Positions 24,091 through 36,986 of a stretch of DNA of 64,000 nt are shown here, piece by piece. Made by a program: the position numbers and the translations under genes. Under the pieces are notes generated by a model. That model was not told where the DNA came from. It worked only from the letters and a program-made list of their open reading frames with translations, and did not search any database. Source of the stretch: Ostrea edulis (lineage: Eukaryota); NCBI RefSeq assembly GCF_947568905.1, contig NC_079169.1, positions 3,906,001 to 3,970,000 on the forward strand. Reading direction: 5' to 3'. Numbering within the stretch: the first letter of the stretch is position 1; each line of letters starts with the position of its first letter.

Positions 24091-25022
24091 TGTCAGTTTG
24101 TCACCACAAATGGTTCCAGAAGCTTTGTTATAATTCATTGCTTCAACACTTTCTGTACTTTCAAATCTAATTTTGCAAACAGTTTGGAACAAAGTCATCC
24201 GAGAAGACTTGTAATGGTATTTAAATGAATAATTGCACAATCAGACCAGTGATTAATAGGGATTCTTTTAAAAGCTTATGTATTGATATTTAGTGTATTG
24301 TAAAAGGATTGGGGCGATTAACACCACCACATACACACGTACAGATAGAAAACGTGAGAGAGAGGGGAAAAGAGAAGTTATGTTTCAACTGCAATCAAAC
24401 CCATTTCTTTTCACGACGGGTACATGTAAATAAATAGTCTCAATGTCTCCGGGAAGTATTCTTTATTGTCATAGGGAGAACCAATCGAAATCGAAACCTA
24501 TTGTTGTAAAGTTAACATTGAAAATATCGTCTTCTCTTCAATAAGTGATAGTACATGTAACAAATCCTCTATACGTCCTCGAGATAATCAAGTTCTCATT
24601 AAGAATACATAGCCGTTGTTACGGTTTAAAATGATGCACCGTGTTTAAATACCTCTATCACTCCCGTCAGCAGAATGTCAACGTTTTTAAGTGGCATTGT
24701 CTTATAAGTACTCTTATGAATAATATACATTTTGTTTGAGTTGATTTAATTCACAGTGGACACAATGGGGGCACATCCATGTATTTAGTAGACACTGTTC
24801 CCTTGCCGTGAGAGACATTCTCAACAGTATCAGGGGGCGGGGAATGTTGCTTCTAATAGCAGGGACAGCCCTTGATGAAATCTCATTGGAGCACGGAGAG
24901 ACATCGTACTGAGAATATTAAGACAAGTTCAATGGTTTATTAATCTAAGCCTATTATAGAATGTAATTCCCGGGGTATCGTTTCAAATTAATGAAAGTGT
25001 GACATTGGATCTAACGGTCGAC

Positions 25023-28000
25023 ATGGCGCTGGCACCACAAGCTAACCCTGATTTTACCAGCGAAACCATCTTGAAGAGATACCGACCGCTCAGCCGCCAT
25101 AAGTGAGTAGTTTATAATCCTCTATCACACACCTATGATATTTCTGTTCAATTTTATTTCTTAATTAATGTCTGTGTAACGAGAATTGTCAAGTTCAATT
25201 TCTGAATTTGTTAAGGGCAACGTAAAACTCGCCTAAATCGTAAATATTAAGTTTCAAATTTGATGCGATTGTACAAGATTTAAGGAGATCTTTCCAATTC
25301 ATTACAATTGTAGCTCTGGTAACATTTATTTCAGTATTGGGGGTTATGAGTACGTATTATTTGAAATATTGATACATTCGAGCACTTTATCCATCCAGCT
25401 TGCGGTGCAGATATATTTGATCACGCTGTTAAATAGAAGTAGACTTCAACCCCAAGAGACATTACATCATCTGGCTTGTCACTGGTTTTCATTTTATGCT
25501 TCCAAACATTTGCGCGCACTTGATTTTTTTCCCTTCTCATTCTATGCACTTTCTATCCTATCATGTATTTATAATGTAATATAAATGAAAGAACATTTAC
25601 AGAAATCATCAAATCAATTCATGATATAATCAGTGAATTACTTCGGGAGATTGTCTGTGCGAGGCATATGGAGCAATTTTCATACTCCAATTCTAAACTG
25701 CGAAAGAAAGATACCCACTAAATTCAGTAATGGTGCGAGTAATTTACCTATTGAGTGAAGGTTACAATAATTCTGATTCGTCAACTTATCGATTCGTTAG
25801 TCCCGTCACACACAGGAAACACATTAACACAAAATACTACTTTTTAACTTATTTTACGACCTTCCTATCGATCACTTTGGAGTGTTCTGCGAATGGCTAA
25901 AAGGCAAGGTTCGTAAAATGGGCAACTTTGAAAGTTTGAACTTAAGCGCTATGGAGCTATCTGGGCTCTGCATAATTCATTGATAGATATCGATTGGTTT
26001 GCAATACACATTATCGTTCTACATACCCGTAAAACAGTCGTTAAGCACACACAAAACGACTTGTAGAGGTTTTAATCTTGCGGGGCCATCAAGGGGTACG
26101 TTGTCATCGAGTTTCAAACTGTGTAATTCATCTAAGATAAGAAAATATTTATCCGGTTTAAATATACACGTATAAATCTAGTGTGGAGGTTCAGTGGACG
26201 GAGCATATTTTTTTCAACAAAAGGCATTTAAAGGATACTGCAAATAATCACCTTCACGATTAGCGTGTGATTCGCCTGAGTCGGAGACGATTAAGTGTTA
26301 GGTGTAGGTGTTGTACGTCTAGCAACACGCCAGACCAGTTATATATAGATATATCATAACAATTCTGTGTTTGGACCATGTATTCCGACCAGCCCTCGTA
26401 CAGCGAACCGACCCCCACGGTCGTGGCCCCTCCCAGGCCGGCCTCAGCCCAGAACTTCACCCCCGCGTACTTGTGGAGCGACTTTGACCCACCTGGGCTT
26501 CGCAGAGAGAGGTGACTTTATCATTTCTATTTTATTCGAAATAAATTGGAATGAACTACAATGGAACATTGTGCTATTTTCTCATGCTAACTATCGCTAG
26601 TGCACTTCCATGTAATTTATAGTTTTAACGATGAATTTCGTAGCGCTTAACTGAGCGTTTCTAAAGTTCTTCATTCGTCTATTGTTATTATAACATTCAA
26701 AATGAATTTTAAATATTCAATAATGTCTGGTAGACGTAGATTTGCGATAAGCACTCTTTCTATCCTTATACAAAATATTTAGACCAAAGATTTTGAAACT
26801 TGAGTAATAACTATACCGTTTTCTTTCAGTATCATATATGTTTTAACTTCTGCATTCATATACTTCCCAACCATTTTCATCTTGCAGTCTACAGAATGTA
26901 TGTGTATTTAAGTTTATAGAACCTGTGACTTTAAATTTAAGTACATTTCAATTTAAAAAATCGATCGAGTTAATAATCAAGGACAGGGACATTGAATTAT
27001 AGTTGAGTGGCTCATAGAAATCAATCCTGACATTTAGAAGGTGCATAAATATCCAGGTAACTAAAGGAATGACTGGTTGGCCAATGATACCATTGTTCAC
27101 AATATAAAATCAAAATTCAAATTTACACCAAAACTTAACATTGAGGTGACGAAAATGAATTGCTAGTTTAAAAGCTTAGTACGATACATGTTTCTTTCTA
27201 ATCGCTTTTCCACGTCTAGGCCTACGTACGCTTTCAAAGTACTTGGCAAACTATTTACATACATTTTAGCACAACTGCATTTAGATTCAATTGAAATCAT
27301 TAATCGATAGCAGTGAATTAATAATCTGCATTGTTGTACAGAATTTCTCATGAGCACTGATGAGGTCAAAGGTTCTTCTGGGATTGGCTATACATATTAC
27401 AAATTCTTAGTAAATTACCACATATTGTTTCATTGACTCGTGTGTAGAGCGTCAGAAAAACCTTGGTTTTGGTGAAATGGCCCCTTTCAGATATCTGCTA
27501 AATGTCGGCATCTTCACAGAGGTACTTTGAGTATCCACATAATGAACCAAATTAGTATATTATCTAAAAATTATACCGTCCTGATTACAGTCGCTCCTCA
27601 TCTTTTATGTCAGACACGCATGTATCATTTTTGTGAGAAAATTACTATCATTTTCATTATATGAATTCACTATAATATGAATAATTTAAGTCACCCAGCT
27701 CAACAAAATGCGTAAACAGTTAATAATTTCATGATTATTTATACCTCAAATGTATGCAAATACGAAATTGAAATAAGAATTATTTTCTCAAACAATGAAA
27801 TGTTTGATGTCTTTAATGTTACAGGACAACGTATGGCCATATGAACGACTGGATGAAGGTGTCCCGAGACGGAGTCCCTGTCACAATGTCGGACAATAAC
27901 TGGCACAATTTAAAACAGGTATCCCCCGAACCCCTGCACTACATCTGTATTACTTTAATTTGTGATTATTTTTATATACTTAGTGCTCTTACATACAGCT

Positions 28001-30471
28001 CTTACAGTGCTGTTAACAAAATAAAAAAAACAAACAACCCCACCCCCCAAAAAAAACCCTGCTGTTTGTTTCTTATTATACCTATGTCCTTTTTATGTAT
28101 TTAATTATTCCTAGGGGTTGTTTTAAATTGCTTCATTTGTTATTAGGGTAATCATATCATATCGCTATATATTAATAATAATATTTATGGATTTTAATTC
28201 TGACACTATGAATATTTTATTCACATGTATGTGCACATCGATTTTATATTATCTTTTCTTTCACATTTGTAAAGCGCTTTAGAGAACTAATGTTGATAGG
28301 GCGCTATATAAATTTTTTAATTACAATTACAATGTACTTACCGTAAAAATATTTATAGATTTGACGTCATTGTAAGTATAATACTGACGGAAATAATGAC
28401 GCCTGGTATGTCCCCCCTTTGACTAGTCAGAACGAGAATAATGATGTCAGGAAACTTTCCCTTTTATGTCCAGTCGGCAATCCTCGGGTGGTCCCGCTAC
28501 ACTTCACAAAGTGTGATGTACGTTCCGAATGCTTCATGACAATTGGTCACAATTGTACATGTATATACGTCATGATATGAACACTGATCCTATTCCACAA
28601 TATAGTTGTTTGCATTGTCTGTCTACATATGATTCGAAGTCGTTATTGTTCTATTTTGAATTTATTGCTTTTTTTTTCAGAGCGAACAAAAGAATCACGA
28701 TATACAGTTTAAGAAAGCTTTCAGCAATTTATCCTCTAAAATCGCCTACAGACACCCCAACCCCGGGAATCCAAGGTAACGACTCCCCACGATATATCCG
28801 TCTCCCCAGTCCTTTGCTCTTCTTGTGTATATCATTTTTATGGCTTGATATGAGTTTACTTTTGTAAATTGAGTTTCTATTTTACAGACAAAGACAAGGA
28901 AGAATAGGCGGAAGTTGGAGGCACATAAAGGAAGTTCTAGGTCACGGAGGAAGTAGAGTAGTGTATGTTGACGGTAAGTTATTACAGACTGTGTATTGTA
29001 ATCTATGATAATAAGCTTATCACTGTTGTATGTGTTGATTTTAGTTTTTTGAAAAGCTTATTTTGATTGTATTACCGCTATGAGATAATATAAGTATGTT
29101 CATCCCTTTTGTTTTGTTCTAGAACACTGAGATAGATTCTAACAATAAAACTTCTATGAATTTAATGTTATTTAGGTCTGATTAGCGTTTACGATTCCGA
29201 CAATTTCAACCAGGCGTTGACATCACAGGTTCCATTGATGCCTCACATAAAAAATAAAGTGTCTCCCCAGACGGAAGAAGTTGGCGAATCCGTAAATTGT
29301 AAGTTTGACTGATTTCCTCTAACGACTTTCTCCTTTTTATTAAAGATCCATACATACCAGAGGGTCCCGGGAGGCGCATTTCGTTTTCTCCTACCCGCGC
29401 CTACTTTGACCCCTTCATACCATTAGGTACTTCCGCCGTAGAATCGCCTTGTAAGTCTACGCATGCGCTAGTCTGTGTTGTATCTTTTAATAATTTCTCA
29501 AACTTCATAACTTTGATACTTCAAAAGAAAACGTTTAATTCACGTAAACTAAAATCACAATGAAAACTAATATAGTTGCATGGTTCAATGTTTTAAACAT
29601 TTCACGATATTTACAATTTGGTACAGTAGTGTACTTTAAACTTTTGAAATTGGTTGTATATCCCATTCTTAAGCATATAGTGGTCATACATCAAACAGGT
29701 CCCCGAACCCTTTCTGAACAGTGTATTATGATTTACACACGTCATTTTATCTTTCACTGTTTGCCAGATCACAACTCTTGTGGGGACTTTGATACGTGGA
29801 ATCGTTTTGAAAGTTTGTACAAGTCTCAACATTCAAATTGTTTGTAATTGTAAAATATTTTTTGTCATTAATTACTTAAAAAGCATGGTTTTTATAAAAA
29901 TTTCATTAATATGGTCCGCGTGTGATATTGCATGATGCATTTTGGATTTGAAGAGAATAGATAGCATATATGCGTGCGCCAGCAGTTTGTCTTCGAATTA
30001 GTCTTCTACATGTATATGCCGTTTAGTGTTTTAATCTTAACCTCTGCTAGACTTATCTATATATTGCTTGAGAGAAAAAAGTATGTATTACATAGTCAAC
30101 TAACGACACCGTTTGGAGTTGCAGAGTAATAATATATAAACGTGCACCTTTGGATCATATATTGTGTCAGGTTTGCTACAAGGTACAATATTATTGATAT
30201 AGTTTTTAAATCATGTTTATATCTTTTTGTAATCTAAAATACTTTCTTCTTTAATCGGAACCTTTATCTTATTTAAGCTATTGATAAAAGATAATTTCCA
30301 TGATACTCCGTAATATTGACGATATAACCAGGCTCCTTTGCCATTGTTTGTTCTTCAGTCCCCCCTGTACAAGCTGCATCACCGTCCTATCAAGATGGCG
30401 ACCTTGCCAGGAAAATGGGACTTAATGTGTCCCCCAAATACAAGGGATTTTACCGTTATGGTGCCAAGTGA
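25023..30471 (+). CDS. Uncharacterised protein (~231 or ~249 aa), possibly ciliary/sperm, with two alternative first coding exons
   Basis: Exon 1a 25023-25102 (MALAPQANPDF...RH AA|gtgagt) or exon 1b 26378-26511 (MYSDQP...RE AG|gtgact), both phase 2. Then 27825-27918, 28681-28775, 28888-28973, 29176-29298, 29346-29450 and 30359-30471 (TGA). All junctions are GT-AG and phases are consistent (TTYGHMNDWMKVSRDG...IAYRHPNPGNPRQRQGRIGGSWRHIKEVLG...KYKGFYRYGAK*). AATAAA is at 30631. Confidence 0.75.
26310..26326 (+). promoter_or_regulatory. RFX X-box-like motif
   Basis: gttgtacgtctagcaac, with a strong TAGCAAC half-site about 50 nt upstream of the exon 1b ATG. Confidence 0.4.
28265..28335 (+). mobile_element. 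CR1/L2-type LINE 3' tail remnant
   Basis: tgtaaagcgctttagag...gcgctatataaat followed by attaca repeats. Confidence 0.35.
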
Positions 30472-30721
30472 TGACGTCACGTCCTGTCTTCATTTAAAGA
30501 ATGGAGATTTCTTTATTTTTCAGTACCATTCAGTATTTCTGACTTTTATTATTGCTCACATTAACGTGAATATTTTTTAAGAAAATGTATTATTTTGTTC
30601 AAAGTCTTTTTATGTATTGTTTATACGTTCAATAAATATATCTTATAAAGGAATGTTTGCTTTATAATTTGTACCTGTTGATACTTATGGATATTTGTTC
30701 GATTTTCTTGACGTAGAGTAC

Positions 30722-30910
30722 ACCAGCTGCGGTAACCTAGTGGTTTTAGAGCTTGCATCGCAATCAGGTCCGGGTTCGATTTTCGTTCCCGGCGTCACTT
30801 AAAACTAAAAAGATGTTTAACACAGGTAGAGTGACTGTTCCTTCGCCAAGCGGTGGAAATTTCTGGATATGACCTTGAAAACGGAGGTCCTGTGTCATGG
30901 AAGGTATTAA
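30722..30910 (+). mobile_element. Degenerate tRNA-derived SINE 5' part
   Basis: A-box-like cggtaacctagtggtt and B-box-like gggttcgatt, then a body similar to the 10325-10634 SINE (atgaccttgaaaacggaggtcctgtgtc). Confidence 0.55.
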
Positions 30911-31430
30911 CACTATATTGGTTAAACAAAACTGTGCTACTTCAACTGAAGCTGATGAGGCCTCGACTTGAGTGAACAGTTGTCGACGTAAAACAGCATA
31001 TAAACAAACAAGCAAATACTCTGTGATAAGCCTAATGGATTTCAAACAAATACGTGAAAACAAATCATTCTTGTAGTTCTATGAGATATTATAACCTTTA
31101 ACACATTGGCTCACGATTTGATGACGTCCCTCTGTTCTCATATCAGCCGATATCGAGGTTCATACAAACAATTAGGTACTCCCCTTGAACATCAAATCAA
31201 AGGAAAACAGTTTGTATAATCGTATAGCTGATTGAACGACACGGAAAGAACTTGTTTCGTACAGCACATGTTGCATGTAAGAGGAGTAATCTACATCGTC
31301 TTTGATTGGCTAATCATTAAACATGAATGCAACATGTGTCACAACAGGTTTGTGCTACAAACGTCTTTCGTTTCTTTTGTAATTTTGATGTGATCACTTC
31401 AACATACCCTGCTTTTCTTCTCATGTTGTC

Positions 31431-34400
31431 ATGGTGATTCAGTGGTTGTTGGCTGTACGTCTTCTCCTGTCCTTGTCGTCTGCTTTGGCGACATCTCTGA
31501 ACTCCAGGGACAGACAAGCCTTTGGTTTGTGTTTTGAGGAGGACTGTCGATCGGCTCATTTTAGTTATAATGCTTCTGGATGTCATGGTAAACTCTCGAT
31601 ACGTTGTAGAATAGGTTCATGCCATTTGTATTTACTATACTAAAAGGTAGCATAATATATTAATCTTTCCATGAAGCAGGGAAAAAAAAATATTTCAGCA
31701 TAAGGATGCGTGGGAATTACATGAAAGGATACCGATTAGGAATTAGTACTACATTCTCGATTATTGTTTTTTTTCCAAAACATTGGACAGGCCCTTCCGA
31801 ATGGCACTTGGTCACACCATGTTGGCACGAATGCGGCAGTACGAACCAATCACCGATAAACATTGAAACACAGAACACCGAATACATGCCACAAACCGTA
31901 TTACATTTCGTAAATCTGTGTACTAGAGTTCCGGGGAAAATACGAAACAATGGTAAGCTATGAATCCTGTACATTTTGTAAATCTGTGTACTAGAGTTTC
32001 CGGGAAAATACGAAACAATGGTAAGAAAAAAATGTTTTTGTATACATACCACAAATCCTATACATTTTATAAATCTGTTTACTAAAATTTCTGGGTTAAT
32101 ATGAAGCAAAGTTATGAAAATGTGTTCTTGAACTAGTAGAAATACATGTACTGTATATATATTTCCAAATTTAAAAAAAAAACACCATGATAACTCTGCT
32201 AGTTGAAGATTACCAACGATGTTGCTTTAATTTCTAAAAACAATTGATAATGATTAACACCTGACCTTCATCTTAATTATATCCGTACCCAATGACATAC
32301 ATGTATAAGACTGTTACACTAGCTGTCTTCCCACTCATTCCCGTCCCTAGTCGCTGCTTTGGGGGTATTTCAGCTCGTCCATCTTGATGCAATTCTTTCT
32401 CAGTCGTTCTACTCCAAGTGCCGTAATCCGTCCTCGAGCACTGTTCTCTTCCGGTTGCCCTCGTAGTGCTTTCTGCTGTAATCGTTGCAGTTACTCCTGA
32501 GTACATGTCCTAGTTAGTCTCATCTCATTCTTTGTACTAAATAGTAACTATTAACACACTAGGACAATATTTTGATATGACTTATTAAGTAACTTTCAAA
32601 TCTTATTTTCATACAAAAGCCTGTCAGAATTATTTTACGGTATGTGATTGAAACTTGGAAAAGTCGGCGTTTTTGTTTGTGCCGAATATACTTAATAATT
32701 ACGCAATCCATCGCCAAACGTTTGCGGGATGTTAAAGTTAAATGGATGTAGACAAATCTGTGTTAACTTTCAAAATCTATAGATGCTGAGGTAAGCATGT
32801 ACTCGTTTCACTGATAATTTCTGCTTGCTTAATTACCTTCGTAATACATTCATTTTCCAAGATCTATTTTCGTAAGTATTATTTTATTTCTAGTAATGTG
32901 CGAGGTCAAATTGAAATGCATATGTACGGAACTAAACGTAATTATCGTTCATGATGACAAAAATTCCACTGGACGTTTAATTTACACAAATACACATTTT
33001 GCCGCATGGAATACATGTACTACTGACAGTTGTGTCACATTTTGTTGCAAAATTGTGATTTACTATTTCAATGATGGGAAAAATAAGGTTTATAAACTTT
33101 TATTATTAATATTTTTGTTAGAAAACCTATTCAGAGGCTCTGAATGAAGTAAAATTATATTATTATCTTCCTGTACAAAAATGATTTCTATATAGTGCTC
33201 ATTATTTATTATATTTAATAGAACCGAAATCTTTATTTTGATAAAATATTAAACTTGATTTTAATTTTACCAATGACTATGATTAAAGTTACATACAAAA
33301 CTATCATAATAGCACATTTTTACAACACAATACAATTTTAAGATATAGAGCCAATATTCCTTTCAACTTTTTCTAACATGATCTTTCTACGATCTTTGTA
33401 AAAGTTACTGCAGATATAGCTTTGAAGGTAGAGACTGGTTTTTCTGTGACAATAATTAATGTTGGAATCCGTGTTAGGTCACTCTCCCCACTTCAGTACG
33501 GACACCCGGATTATTTCCCTTACCAATGTCCCACAACGAGGCTCTGACAGATACATATTTGAGGAGATACATTTCCATATAGGAAAACATGAGACTCGAG
33601 GCTCAGAACACTCTATTGATGGAGAATTTTACCCAATGGAGGTATGCACCTAAAAAAAAGATCTTCATTATTCTAGCAACGATTTACTTTCATACTTGAC
33701 TAATAACTTTTATAATGGACGTCTCTTTCCAACCTCAGGTTTATAGCGTATAGAGATAATTCCATTGTATTCCAGGCTCATGTTGTGTTCTTCAATGACA
33801 AGTACAAAGGCATTGCCGACGCCAAAGAAAAAGGAGATGGGCTTGTGGTCATTGCTATCATGGTGGAGGTAAATTTCCTGCAGATTATTACATGTAGTAG
33901 AGGTAAAACTTATACGGTACCAATTTTGATGTACCAGATGCGCATTTCGACAAATCATGTGTCTTCAGTGATGCTCAACCGAAATGTTTGAAATCCGAAA
34001 TAACAATGAAGTTTTAGAGCTATTATAGGGAAAAATGTAATATGTTCTAGTTGACTTCTGGCGGAGGTCATGGGACTTTGATAATGCAGTAACAGTTTTA
34101 AAACATTAAAATTTTGCATGGGTGCTGGAAATCCTCACTGCCAATTGCGAATGAGTTTTGCTGGGATTTCTTTTTATGACAGAATTTTGTTTTTACAGAT
34201 TGATGACGATGAAGACCAAGAAAGTACACTACAGACAAGGATTCCTAGATATGAGGTCAAAATTAGGCATTTTTAAAACTATCAATCTGGGCAAGATGAT
34301 AAATGTTAATGATAAGCTAATTTCATTCTGTTTAGTTTATGAATATATTTTCTATCTCTAACTATTATGTACTAAATGTTTGACATTTCTCTCTTTGTAT

Positions 34401-36838
34401 TATCTGTCACTGTTTAATGAACCCAAAATTGTAAAACGTATTAATTACCCCCTTTTAAGGAAAAAAGGTTAAATATTTATGAACTCTCATTGTTACATAA
34501 TAGATTTAAGGCATCAAGGTGAACAATTTAGTTTGCATAATAGACAGTGATCAATCTCATAAGTCTTATAAGTAATGCAAAATAGAGAGTTTGGCAAAGA
34601 TGGACCCCTGGATACACCAGAGGTGAGATCAGGTGCCTAGGAGCAGCAAGTATCCCCTGTCGATTAATCGTTAGTAAAATGAACAAAATATCACCTCTCT
34701 TTCCATGTAGTCTGTTCTTCTAATGGGACTACCATTAGTCTGTCTGTGTTTCAACTGAGACCGCTGTTTGTCTACAATAGTACTGAGACCGCTGTCTGTC
34801 TACAATAGTACTGAGACCGCTGCCTGTCTACAATAGTACTGAGACCACTGTCTGTCTACAATAGTACTGAGACTGCTGTCTGTCTACAATAGTACTGAGA
34901 CCGCTGCCTGTCTACAATAGTACTGAGACCGCTGCCTGTCTACAATAGTACTGAGACCACTTGTAACACCGATACCACAATTTATCTGTACTAATACTGA
35001 TACCACGATCTGTCTCTACTAATATTAAGACCACAATGCAAGGTGAAGATAACGAACAGTGATCAATCTCATAACTCCTACAAGCAATACAAAATAGATA
35101 GTTGGGCAAACACGGACCCCTGGACACACCAGAGGTGGGATGAGGTGCCTAGGAGGAGTCTCCACTAACACTGAGATTACAATCTACTCAGTCTCTCTAC
35201 TAACACTGATACCACAATCTATCCCTATTAACACCCAGACCACAACCCGTCCATAGTAATGCTGGGACCACCATCCGTCTATGATAATACCGGAACTACC
35301 ATTCGTCTGTACTAACACTAGGATCACCATAAAAGGTGAATATAACAAACAGAGACCAATCTCTTAAATCCCACAAAGAATACATAATAAAGAGTTGGGC
35401 AAACACGGACCCCTGGACATACCAGAGGCGGGATCAGGTGTCTAGGAGAAGTAAATATCTTCTGTTGACCGATCACACCCGCCTTGAGTCCTATGTCTTG
35501 ATCATGTAAACGGAGTAATCTAGTAGTCAAAATCAGTGTACCAAGAACGTCCTAACAATGATAGGTTATATGGGCAAACTAGATCATTATAACGACCATA
35601 GGATTTGCGAAATACTGACTTAAAACGAGACTGTTGCAACCCCTGTAACATCAACTTGTTTGTCAGTAACTGCCTCGATTTTAAAAAAACCCTGATCATA
35701 TGCAGAACAAGCTCTTGTGTATCGAATCAGTTGAGAGATATAAACATAAAATGTAGGTGATACCACAATTACTAACAAACACACACAAAAATCAAACCGA
35801 ACATATTCACCTCCTTTAAAGAGATACTTCAGACATGTGAATATAAATTTTCTCTTTTGAAGTAATTGAATTCAATTGTTGCATGTTTCAACTTTGACGC
35901 TATTGCAGACGAACCTGAATTTCAATAAAACCTGTCCGTGTGTTGGGAATAGTGATGAGTGTTATCGGAATTATTGCTTCTGTCGTCTGAAAAAGGCCAA
36001 GCTGATGAGTACGTTGATGGAGAAATATTTCTACGATGTACGTGAATATATCCCACCCAAAAAGGACGGTATGTATTTTTACATCCTAGCTAATTTCTCA
36101 ATATTTTACCGTAATAAATAGTTGATAAGTCGGCCTGTTGATGTGTTCACCGTGAAAATAAAGATTGAATGCTGGGGACAGAGAAAATGGCTTTTTGATA
36201 GCTTATATCTTGAATACGTTTACTGATCGGCTTCTATTGTAGAGAAGCGGGATTTCGTTCATCTGACTGAGTATATCTCTCCTATGGACGTTATGCCCCA
36301 TGATTGGAGTTTTTACATGTATGATGGATCGCTAACCACGCCTCCCTGCCATCGCCATACTCGCTGGATCATCATGCGCTGTCCCATCCGAGTCTCACGT
36401 GAGGTAGAATTAATTTACTATAATATAGTCGCAGTTTCTGATAATTCTCAAAGTTCATTGTATTTAGGTTAATTCTACAAAATTTGGGTATTAACTTTTA
36501 ACCAGGATATAAGATATTAAATAAGACGAAACATGCAAGAAAAAAATATTTTAAAGTAGAATGTGTTTATATTTAGTACTGAGACAAAATAGTAGAAATG
36601 TTGCTGCTTCTTTACTTGTAGGACAATATCAAATAGAACCATATTGAAACATTTAGTAATCCAGTATACACAATTACAGGCCTTCGAGATGTATCGAGTG
36701 GTTCAGGACGTCCATAATGTTCCGCTGATTAAGAATGGACTTCGTCGCCCGATACAAAAGAATAGACTACATGTGTATAGAAACTTTTACTGGAGTGACG
36801 TAGGACAAGAGACGGATTATTGTCCCGATGAACATTGA
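31431..36838 (+). CDS. Secreted nacrein-like alpha-carbonic anhydrase (~370 aa, 8 coding exons)
   Basis: Exons 31431-31587, 31791-31952, 33478-33641, 33776-33868, 34199-34255, 35909-36068, 36243-36403, 36680-36838; phases are consistent. It has a signal peptide and the motifs AHFSY, QSPINI, NNGHS, IHFH (His94/96), GSEH, MEAH (His119), GSLTTPPC and RRPIQ. The exon 5 donor (gag|gtcaaa) is the weakest junction. Confidence 0.92.
34515..34665 (-). mobile_element. Naiad-type PLE 3' fragment (CA intron)
   Basis: aaggtgaac...acagtgatcaatctcata...gatcaggtgcctaggag. Confidence 0.65.
34735..35330. repeat. 28-bp minisatellite with homogeneous and diverged parts
   Basis: Unit gtctacaatagtactgagaccgctg(t/c)ct, about 7-8 clean copies at 34756-34960 followed by decaying copies. 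Confidence 0.85.
35038..35160 (-). mobile_element. Naiad-type PLE 3' fragment inserted in minisatellite
   Basis: aaggtgaagataacgaacagtgatcaatctc...gtgcctaggaggag, flanked by repeat units on both sides. Confidence 0.8.
35333..35760 (-). mobile_element. Naiad-type PLE 3' fragment with RT C-terminus
   Basis: 3' UTR plus gaacaagctcttgtgtatcgaatcagttgagagatataaac (LIRY.RAC thumb region). Confidence 0.8.
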
Positions 36839-36955
36839 TTGCGTCTCCAGTATAGTGCCATATTCTTTTTATACATCAACTGCCATGGATCTATTTTATT
36901 TTATCATATCATAGTGGACAAACAAAACTACACAGCGTTTTGAATAACAATTGAT

Positions 36956-36986
36956 TTTATTTTAGATGTAAACCATTCAGAATAAA
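36956..36986. terminator. Opposed candidate poly(A) signals of the peroxidase (-, 36956-36961) and the CA (+, 36981-36986)
   Basis: tttatt at 36956-36961 and aataaa at 36981-36986, between the two stop codons. Confidence 0.4.

Noticed and set aside
28888-28956. Frame TKTRKNRRKL...* as the gene's terminal exon
   Set aside because: The intervening exon 28681-28775 shifts the phase and gives a longer open, protein-like frame that continues through three more exons.
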